DNA of 14,080 bases, taken from the NCBI GenBank assembly GCA_046318155.1, contig JBKCUU010000045.1, positions 1-14,080 of the forward strand. Reading direction: 5' to 3'. Source of the stretch: Bdellovibrio sp. GTDB taxonomy: Bacteria; Bdellovibrionota; Bdellovibrionia; Bdellovibrionales; Bdellovibrionaceae. Numbering within the stretch: the first letter of the stretch is position 1; every line of letters starts with the position of its first letter. Shown piece after piece: positions 7,155-14,080 of this stretch. The notes under the pieces are model-generated. The model had not been told where the DNA came from, ran no database searches, and saw nothing but the letters and a program-made list of their open reading frames with translations. Made by a program: the position numbers and the translations under genes.

Positions 7155-8467
7155 GCTTCAAAGTGGGTGTGAGCCACCACATCATGATTGAGCCATGTCA
7201 CAGGTGAAGCCGGTGCGGCCGAGTCTTCAACCATCACGGCGCCGCAGCTTGTGATGACGACTTCGCTCAGAACCGAGGTCATGAGATTTTTAGAATCTTT
7301 GTGCATCTCGAAAACTTTTTCGCTGGCTGCCAAAACAATCGACAGTTGTTTTTCTTCGTTGTGCTCTGGCCAGCTTGAAAAGTTAAATTTTTTCCGAAGC
7401 TCAGGATTGCTTAAGGTGTCATGGCAGACTTTGAGAACGTCCTGAATCGTGTGCTCTGGTTTGAGCAGCGCTCGGCAACTCTCTTCGAGTTTTTTGGTTT
7501 TGTTTGAAGTCGGGTTCTGCTTATTAAGAGAAAGCAACAGGGGATAAAGTGGTATTTCCACACCCTGAAAAATGCTTGAGGAGTTGGTCAAAATTTCGGG
7601 GCAGTTGTAGACACAAGTGCGAACACCTTGTTTGCTAAAGGCTCGGGATTGGTTTTCGAGATCTATTTTGGCCCAGCCTTGCAAATAGGGCGAGTAGGAT
7701 TGCCAGTCATACTCGCCGTTTACAAGAATTTCGGTCCCGTGGTAACCGTAAGCGGTGTAAGCCGCAAAGCCGCCTGATTTTTCGAGGTTCTCGCGGATCT
7801 CCTTGGTTTCTTCGACGAGCACGCGAAACGTTTCGGCCGTCACTTCATGAAAACTCAATTCACACAGCTTTCCGAGATCTGTTTTCCAGAATTTTTCACT
7901 CGAAAGATAGCGATCGCCCGTCCCTTTGACCGAGCGGTTCATGAGCGGCATGATAATTTTGGCACGAGGAACGCCGCCAGCCATCAGGTGGGCGAACAAG
8001 ATGTTTTTACCACTGGGCAATTGTTTTTTCAGTTCTTGAACGTAGGCGCGCACCGCGCGAGTAAAGCGCTCACGGCCCTTGTCGCGCGATTCATAAATTT
8101 TTTGAAAATCGAGCTGGCAGCTCTCCCATTCAGACAGCTTGGTGTCTTTGATCCGGTCCACGGGTGAGAGTCCATCACTGGCGGGTTCAAGATCAAATCC
8201 TGCTTCGAGCGGGATGTTGATCAGGGGTTGCGGGCTTGCGGCAAGCTCTTCGGCAGTGAGCGCGCGTAAGGTTCCCTCTTTTTCGCGGCGACCAACGGTC
8301 GCACGAATCACCCTCATGCCGCGGCGCTGGGCCGCTTCGACCAGACCGTTGGCGTAGCCGCGTGTGAACAGTTCGCCAAAAAGAACAAGGACATCACCTT
8401 CGCCAAATCCGGCTTTTTCGTTCTTTTTGAACTGGCGAATGGCATGGTAGCCTGGTGCTTGGAACAT
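7151..8467 (-). CDS. fabMG: Enoyl-ACP reductase, FabMG family
   Basis: GDVLVLFGELFTRGYANGL, TVGRR, IPLEAGFD, HLMAGGVP, YTAYGYHGT, WQSYSPYLQGWAK and NCPEILTNSS match my recollection of the FabMG family. ATG at 8467 with AGGGGG RBS (alternative start 8494). Confidence 0.8.
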   Translation of the reverse strand: MFQAPGYHAIRQFKKNEKAGFGEGDVLVLFGELFTRGYANGLVEAAQRRGMRVIRATVGRREKEGTLRALTAEELAASPQPLINIPLEAGFDLEPASDGLSPVDRIKDTKLSEWESCQLDFQKIYESRDKGRERFTRAVRAYVQELKKQLPSGKNILFAHLMAGGVPRAKIIMPLMNRSVKGTGDRYLSSEKFWKTDLGKLCELSFHEVTAETFRVLVEETKEIRENLEKSGGFAAYTAYGYHGTEILVNGEYDWQSYSPYLQGWAKIDLENQSRAFSKQGVRTCVYNCPEILTNSSSIFQGVEIPLYPLLLSLNKQNPTSNKTKKLEESCRALLKPEHTIQDVLKVCHDTLSNPELRKKFNFSSWPEHNEEKQLSIVLAASEKVFEMHKDSKNLMTSVLSEVVITSCGAVMVEDSAAPASPVTWLNHDVVAHTHFEA

Positions 8468-8530
8468 GGGTCCCCCTGTGAATGAAAAGCTCATTCATCC
8501 AAGGACGGCACTTTTGGTCAAGGATCAGCA

Positions 8531-9307
8531 ATGCGCGTTGTTAGCTTGGTACCCTCATTAACCGAAACTTTGATCGTTGCCGGCGCCGAGATCGTTGGTC
8601 GAACGCGTTATTGCGTGCATCCAAAGAGGCAAATCGAGCTCGTCCCCGTTGTGGGCGGTACGAAAGATCTTTCGCTCGAAAAATTGCGGAAGATGGGGCC
8701 CGATCTCCTTGTTTTAGACCAAGAAGAAAATCTGCCTTGGATGAAGGCAGATTCGCCGTGCCCGGTTCATGTTTTTCACGCCGAGTCTGTCGTGGGAATG
8801 TCTGCGCAGTTGCAGGCGCTTGCCTTGCGCTTTGAGCCCGGCCCCGTTCGGGAGCAGCTGGGGCACCAGGCGCAGGCCTGGCAAAAGGCCGCCGGTCATC
8901 CCAATCTTGAATGGAATTGGCTCCGGGTGCCAGGCACCGTCAAGAGCAAAAGAGGAGAGGCCAAGCCGCCTTATGACAAGGTTCTTTATCTCATCTGGAG
9001 AAATCCATGGATGAGCGTGAGCTCGCACACCTTTATCGGGTCCGTCTTCGAAAAACTGGGCGCGGCCCCTCATTGGCCCGCCTTTTCAGAAAAGTATCCC
9101 AAATTAAGGCTTGAGGACTTTGACCCGACCTCAACTTTGCTGCTTTTAAGTTCAGAGCCGTTTCCGTTCGGCGCCAAATGGGGGCAGCTGCCAGAGCTCG
9201 CCCCGTATGACCAAGTGCTGGTCGACGGCGAGAGCTTTAGTTGGTTTGGGATCCGGAGCCTTCGATTCTTGTCAGAACTCCAGGCGCGCTTTTCACACCA
9301 CGAATGA
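8531..9307 (+). CDS. Helical-backbone metal receptor (BtuF/TroA-like binding protein)
   Basis: MRVVSLVPSLTE, VGRTRYCVHP, VGGTKD, PDL...EEN, LLSSEPFPF and VDGESFSWFG motifs. Confidence 0.85.
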   Translation: MRVVSLVPSLTETLIVAGAEIVGRTRYCVHPKRQIELVPVVGGTKDLSLEKLRKMGPDLLVLDQEENLPWMKADSPCPVHVFHAESVVGMSAQLQALALRFEPGPVREQLGHQAQAWQKAAGHPNLEWNWLRVPGTVKSKRGEAKPPYDKVLYLIWRNPWMSVSSHTFIGSVFEKLGAAPHWPAFSEKYPKLRLEDFDPTSTLLLLSSEPFPFGAKWGQLPELAPYDQVLVDGESFSWFGIRSLRFLSELQARFSHHE

Positions 9308-12300
9308 AGACGGCCTGCGACGCATCGGTTCCCAGCATTTGTGAACGTTGAAATTCGCTTTCAAAACTGGTCGGAATGCTTTGCGAGCCGTGCAAGTAAG
9401 ACAAAAATCGGATCAAGTCCAGGTCACCGCGCATGGTGACGAAAAAGGGGCGGCTTGTTTCGGTTGAATCATCAATGATCTGGCCGCCACTGACGCGCTG
9501 ATTGATCACGTAAAAACTCTCGCTCGTTTTAAGCGTCTCTTGGCGATTTTGACCATCGCAGATCAGGTAGCCCGCACGAGCGTAGTGCTCCATCTCTTCG
9601 GCACTGAGCTTGGGATGAAAGCTTTTGACCCATGGGTTGCCGCTGGAGAAAAAGCCGTCTTCTTTTTTAACAAAAAGATTGGGATTGAGTTTAATCACCA
9701 AACATTTTTCATACTCGGGAATTTCAAGGTTGAGCTTTAACGTCTCGATCAACACGCCAATCGAACCCGAATAGCTGACACTTGTGCCTTGACCTTCTGA
9801 GACGCTACTTGATTTTGAAACGCTGTAGCCCGCACCCGTTGAAGCGCTAAATGGCAAACTGGAGATCTTCAGCAAATCAAGACCGAGGCCGACATTCCAG
9901 TTCCACGACTGGCTCACAGAATCCGAGTGGCCTTTGTTCAAAGAGAAGGACTGCGAGATCGAAAAGTCACGAAACGGCGTCGAGTTCTCGCTCACCGAAA
10001 GGAGCCTCGGGTTTTTGACAAAGTACTTTGTTTCGACATCAAAAACTGAGCGTAAATTTTGCTGCGCCAGGCGGTGGCACTCCGAGGTCAAAATAAAACT
10101 CGATGACGAAGGCGCAGCCGCCAGCACGCCATGGGTTTTATTCGGCAAGGGGCGCAGCCAAAAGTCATTAAACCAATAGGCACACAAGTTAACTTTAAGT
10201 TGGTCGCCGATTCCTGTGTCGAGCGTTTTTTTGAGATCAGCTGTTGAAATTTGCGTGCGTTCATTCATCCGCACGCGGGGATTTGCGAACTTGAGCGGCT
10301 GAGCCAGAGCCTGGCGAAATCCGGCCGTCGCCGCTTCATCATTGAGGTTGATCAAAGTCAGCTTATTGCTGGAGGCAAAGTTCTTGGTGTTTGCACTGAG
10401 CTCGGACCGAGCGGCCAGCGCTTTTTCGTCTTGAGTCAGCTGTTCTTTGAGCTTCGTGACAAGTGAACCCGTGTCAGGATCATCGATCATCGTAAACGTG
10501 CCCGCATCATTCCCATTCGAAAAATTGAGCGGCGCGCGAAAGCTTGCGATTTTAAGGTTCGAAGTCTTATCGATCAAATCGACAAAGGCAATCTGAGGGT
10601 TCTGTGCGAGCAGTTCGCCGGCATTCGCTTTCAACGGCAGCACCTCGATGATGAGTTGGTTGGTGTTGCCAAGCGCTTTGATGTTTTTTGTCGCTAATTG
10701 AATTTCCTCTGAAATTTGTGAATTGGCGCGAACGGGGAGAACTTTCTCCATCACGTAGAACACCTTGTTCTCGGCCTGATCAAAATCGCGCAAGAACTGA
10801 TCCACGACGGCCAAACGCACGCCGTAAAGACCGGGCGGCAGGAATTCTTCGGTAAAGCCCGACGGATCGCTGAGGCTTGGACGCTTGAGCTTGAGGCCCG
10901 CATTAAAAGGACCTTGCTTTTGGATTTCGAGATTCAAATAAGGATCAATTTTGTAATGAAACTGTTGTTTCGAAAAATAAAAGCTGCTGAGCATGATCTC
11001 GGCTTGGCCCTGAGCGCAGCGAAGAACTTTGGCTGAGGCATCCAGAAATCTGGCATCACGAAAGGCATCGCCTTGCATCCAGGGATTGTAATGCAAGTCA
11101 ATTTTTTGGGTAAAATTCGTGTTCTTATGAGAAATCTGGACCGAGCCGGACTTCCAGCACTCTTGAGCGTAATAGTTGAAGGAGACCTGATCATCGACGA
11201 TAAAGCAGCCTTCATCATTGGTCATGACTCGCTTTTTTTCGCCCGATAGAGTTTGGATTTCAAGTTCGGCAAGACGAACCGGCGCGCGGTCCCAGCCCGA
11301 GCGCAGGCAGGACTGAATTTGCAAATTGCGCTTACGGTTCACGCCGCCCGACTGTTCAAACGAGATCGTCGAAATCGAGAGGGGGCGTATTTCAAGTGCC
11401 TGGGTCTGAACGGGTTGGTCGACGGTCTTTGGGGCCGCTTCTTCGAGGTAAGTTTCGATCGTGAGGGCCGGATCACGTTCAAAGCGGTTTTTAAAATCAG
11501 AGACGGCTGTTCCCCAAGCTGTTCCGCGGGCTTCGCAAGTGCCGTAATAAAAAACACCTTCTAATTTCTTAAGACCCACAGGAGAGTCGATGGGTTCAAC
11601 CTTAACCCCAAGGTAAACCACGCCCGACCGGCACAGACCACCAGCGGGAAGATCAAACTGTTCACTGATAGAAAGCGAGCCCTGAACAAGGTCGTTGACA
11701 ATCAGGACTGGCGACTTTTTGATCACTCGGCGAACGGTCTTACTTTCTTGATCTGTCTGATAATAAAGCGTGTACTGAAACTTGAACTGACCGCGTGTGA
11801 GCGGAAACGTCGTGCGCGAGCCGCCAACATCTTGACCTTCATACGACAAAACACCAGTCAGATCGAGCGAAGCTTTGCGCTGGAGACCATCGATCGTCAG
11901 GGGCTGCAAAGTGATGCGCATGCCATCAAGAACCAAGGCCCGCGCGGGAGCTTGGCGTCCTTTCAGAGCTTCGCGGGCTTGCGCTTGCGTGACATAAGAG
12001 TTGGCTCGAACACGCGAGTCCTTCAGAGATAAAGCTTCGCCCGACCAAGGGTTGATCACGACTTGAATCAGCCGCGAACCCTTCTCGACACCAACCGCTT
12101 TGGCTTGGCGTTCAACTAAAATACTTTGGGCCGAGGCCATCGCGTTGTACGAGATTTCTTCGGTAAAAACAAAGCAACCTTCTAAATCAGAAGAAACGGT
12201 TTGCGTGGCAAAATCATCGCCCGAAATTTCAAAGGCGTGATTGATCACGGGACGCGATTGCTTGTTCTCTTTGAGGCAGGCCTTAACGCTCAGGGTGCGG

Positions 12301-12485
12301 GCAATCGGAATCGAGAACGAAGCATGCGTGCTTTGAGTGGTGAACTCGGGTCTGACGGAGTCGACAAAAAAGCTTGCGTTGTGGTCAAGATCCCGCTTTT
12401 GCGGCGCCGGGAGCGAGCACGCCGCAAGTGCCATAAAGCCCAGCGCAAAAATAAGTCTCCAGAGAGTCAGATTAGAGTGGCGCAT
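9237..12485 (-). CDS. Large hypothetical lipoprotein (1082 aa) with internal duplication and Ser-rich beta-hairpin
   Basis: ATG at 12485 gives MRHSNLTLWRLIFALGFMALAAC, a signal peptide II with lipobox LAAC (Cys23). Long uninterrupted beta-rich ORF. Confidence 0.85.
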   Translation of the reverse strand: MRHSNLTLWRLIFALGFMALAACSLPAPQKRDLDHNASFFVDSVRPEFTTQSTHASFSIPIARTLSVKACLKENKQSRPVINHAFEISGDDFATQTVSSDLEGCFVFTEEISYNAMASAQSILVERQAKAVGVEKGSRLIQVVINPWSGEALSLKDSRVRANSYVTQAQAREALKGRQAPARALVLDGMRITLQPLTIDGLQRKASLDLTGVLSYEGQDVGGSRTTFPLTRGQFKFQYTLYYQTDQESKTVRRVIKKSPVLIVNDLVQGSLSISEQFDLPAGGLCRSGVVYLGVKVEPIDSPVGLKKLEGVFYYGTCEARGTAWGTAVSDFKNRFERDPALTIETYLEEAAPKTVDQPVQTQALEIRPLSISTISFEQSGGVNRKRNLQIQSCLRSGWDRAPVRLAELEIQTLSGEKKRVMTNDEGCFIVDDQVSFNYYAQECWKSGSVQISHKNTNFTQKIDLHYNPWMQGDAFRDARFLDASAKVLRCAQGQAEIMLSSFYFSKQQFHYKIDPYLNLEIQKQGPFNAGLKLKRPSLSDPSGFTEEFLPPGLYGVRLAVVDQFLRDFDQAENKVFYVMEKVLPVRANSQISEEIQLATKNIKALGNTNQLIIEVLPLKANAGELLAQNPQIAFVDLIDKTSNLKIASFRAPLNFSNGNDAGTFTMIDDPDTGSLVTKLKEQLTQDEKALAARSELSANTKNFASSNKLTLINLNDEAATAGFRQALAQPLKFANPRVRMNERTQISTADLKKTLDTGIGDQLKVNLCAYWFNDFWLRPLPNKTHGVLAAAPSSSSFILTSECHRLAQQNLRSVFDVETKYFVKNPRLLSVSENSTPFRDFSISQSFSLNKGHSDSVSQSWNWNVGLGLDLLKISSLPFSASTGAGYSVSKSSSVSEGQGTSVSYSGSIGVLIETLKLNLEIPEYEKCLVIKLNPNLFVKKEDGFFSSGNPWVKSFHPKLSAEEMEHYARAGYLICDGQNRQETLKTSESFYVINQRVSGGQIIDDSTETSRPFFVTMRGDLDLIRFLSYLHGSQSIPTSFESEFQRSQMLGTDASQAVFIRGVKSAPGVLTRIEGSGSQTN

Positions 12486-13644
12486 CGAGAGTCTCCAAAG
12501 AAAGAGAGAAAAAACGTTCACGACTTTGAGAGGTACTTTCAAACAAGACATCACGTTCGCCGCCGCTCATGCCAAAACGAAAGATTTTCTTGTATTGCAA
12601 ACTCAGGCCGGTCTCATAACCGACTCGGTTGGTCTGATAGGTCGGAGAGCTGTAGTAGGCCACGCTCGCATCCGGCTGAACATAAAAGTATTCAAACGAG
12701 GGGCTCCATTTGATGGCCCCAGACCACAAGTCTGCTTTGGTAAAAACCGTGTACCCTTGGCTCATTTCTGAAGGGGCTCCGACGTTTTTAATTCCGTTGG
12801 CTTCAATTTCCAAACCCAAGGATTTTGAGAGGTCGAGCCGGGCGGACAAGCCCCCTTCAGTGCCGCGGTAGTCATAGTAAAATTCAGAAATGCCAGCCGA
12901 GGGACCTGAGGCCGCTGTTGAATTTCCTAGAAGAGCAGAATCTGTTGCGATGCCTGAGGGCAAGTCGCGGTACTCGAAATACATGGCACGGGCTCTCAGC
13001 GTCAAAGATTGCAACTTCAGCTGAGTCTTCACACCGCCACTTGTGAAAGAGGGCGTCTTTTCAAAGTCACGTGAGTTCGTCGTCAATGAGGACGACGTCG
13101 GTACTGCGGATTGACCAACAAGAGCCGCATACGACTCGGAGCTTGCACCTGTTTGCAAGGTGAGGCGAGCAGCCGGAAACGCCAAATCGTCAACGAGCAA
13201 ACCCGAAAGATCCCGCGTTTGGTTGAGCGCCCCTATAGAGAACTGAGCCCCTTCGCCGGCGTGCAAGTTGACCGACGCTTCTGACAACTCAAGAATGTTG
13301 GATTTTCCGTATTTGGCTGAATCTGACTGCACGTGTCCGTTTTGAAAATAGACGCGGGGATTGACGGTTAAATTTAAAAATGAAGTCAGGTCGTAATTGC
13401 TATTTACAATGGCCGAGAATGAAGAGCCCGTTTTTCGATTGGCCAAAGCGTCTTCCTTGCGAGCTGCGCCGATGGATAAGCGCCAAGTGGCCTTCAAGTT
13501 TTTGCGGTCCCAAGCCTGTTCGTTGTCGTCTGGACTCAGAGTTGTCTGGCCAGTTAAACCCACGGGAGCTTGCGCCAAACGAAGGTTCGTTTGGGCGGTT
13601 GCCAAGGCTGGAATGAGGGTTAAAACCAACGCTCGCCAGAACAA
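12472..13644 (-). CDS. Putative outer-membrane beta-barrel / porin-like protein (390 aa)
   Basis: AAGGAG RBS 7 nt before TTG. Signal peptide MFWRALVLTLIPALATA/Q. Many alternating amphipathic strands. YFYVQPDASVAYYSS...TNRVG resembles the 'putative porin' motif. Confidence 0.75.
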   Translation of the reverse strand: MFWRALVLTLIPALATAQTNLRLAQAPVGLTGQTTLSPDDNEQAWDRKNLKATWRLSIGAARKEDALANRKTGSSFSAIVNSNYDLTSFLNLTVNPRVYFQNGHVQSDSAKYGKSNILELSEASVNLHAGEGAQFSIGALNQTRDLSGLLVDDLAFPAARLTLQTGASSESYAALVGQSAVPTSSSLTTNSRDFEKTPSFTSGGVKTQLKLQSLTLRARAMYFEYRDLPSGIATDSALLGNSTAASGPSAGISEFYYDYRGTEGGLSARLDLSKSLGLEIEANGIKNVGAPSEMSQGYTVFTKADLWSGAIKWSPSFEYFYVQPDASVAYYSSPTYQTNRVGYETGLSLQYKKIFRFGMSGGERDVLFESTSQSRERFFSLSLETLDAPL

Positions 13645-13800
13645 GTGAAAACTCCTTTAGAACGACGGTGCGGTTTGGGTCCAAGTCCCCACCTCCAAAA
13701 ACAGTGCTCAGTTGTCGTTAAAAACAACGTCATGGGTTCGAATACACGGGCCCTGCGGCGCCGTCCTGGCCGAATTGTAAAAATGAGAGGCGGCGAAGTT

Positions 13801-14080
13801 TTAGACGGGTGACGATTTCGGCAAGCCGAGTTTTGTCTCAACCCAAACGACGACTCGAGCAGTTGCCCCCGAAAATTCGCGGACAACGCCGGCCAGTTCG
13901 GGTTTGATGGCGGGTCCATTTTGCCGGTCAGTTTGCCACTGATTTTGCCACTGAGTTTGCCACTGAGTTTGTAACCGAAAAATTTTGTTTTTAAGCTCGC
14001 CGCCGTTGTCGACTTGGCGAACGGCCGTGTCGCCATTTGAAAGTTTGATTCCCTGAAATTGCAAAGCCTCACGGTTGTTT
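13801..14080 (-). CDS. Probable 3' end of a hypothetical protein entering from the window edge
   Basis: The frame is open from the window end (NNREALQFQG...) to TAA at 13801-13803. No family recognised. Confidence 0.4.
   Translation of the reverse strand, partial: NNREALQFQGIKLSNGDTAVRQVDNGGELKNKIFRLQTQWQTQWQNQWQTDRQNGPAIKPELAGVVREFSGATARVVVWVETKLGLPKSSPV
13916..13971. repeat. 12-bp tandem repeat, about 4.5 copies
   Basis: Minus strand: CAAACTCAGTGG CAAACTCAGTGG CAAAATCAGTGG CAAACTGACCGG CAAAATGG. Confidence 0.85.

Noticed and set aside
12486..12554. N-terminal extension of the lipoprotein ORF to 12554
   Set aside because: It lies inside the barrel gene. Starting at 12485 gives a canonical lipoprotein signal peptide.
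12201..12771. Plus-strand ORFs of 170 and 144 aa, and the other short antisense ORFs in the track
   Set aside because: Antisense shadows of well-supported genes, with no motifs or RBS.
13400..13684. 94-aa minus-strand ORF with an SD-like sequence
   Set aside because: It overlaps the barrel gene out of frame and has no protein-like features. Noted only as a possible regulatory upstream start.
13734..13750. GGGTTCGAAT resembling a tRNA T-loop
   Set aside because: No complementary T-stem (followed by ACAC, not CCC) and no cloverleaf or CCA context.
13916..13971. Repeats as a CRISPR array
   Set aside because: Units are 12 bp, contiguous and without spacers, and no cas genes are present.
13620..14072. 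150-aa minus-strand ORF (KLSG repeats)
   Set aside because: Arg/Pro-rich shadow-like composition and overlap with the barrel RBS and start. The 13801 frame looks more plausible, though neither is certain.

Overview
Gene-dense bacterial chromosomal window of roughly 50% GC (by eye). The gene content suggests a Bdellovibrionales-like predator; this is inferred from protein-family style, not from a marker gene. Left to right: (1) a + strand signalling trio of a 5'-truncated RsbW-like ATPase-fold protein, a STAS-like protein and a large receiver/DUF4388/TPR response regulator; (2) a stand-alone FliG-C-like gene behind a sigma28-like promoter; (3) a - strand lipid/housekeeping run: FabMG-type enoyl-ACP reductase, TM-type RNase Z, ClsB-type cardiolipin synthase, YbhP-like EEP hydrolase and an AAA_28 P-loop protein; (4) a divergent orphan BtuF-like binding protein; (5) a - strand pair of overlapping genes encoding a putative outer-membrane beta-barrel and a 1082-aa lipoprotein. 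The lipoprotein has a duplicated Cys-containing module and a long Ser-rich amphipathic beta-hairpin resembling beta-pore-forming toxins, making this pair the best candidate for an undescribed system. The right edge has a probable partial CDS containing a 12-bp tandem repeat. No rRNA, tRNA, CRISPR or mobile element was seen. All family assignments are from motif recognition, not database searches.
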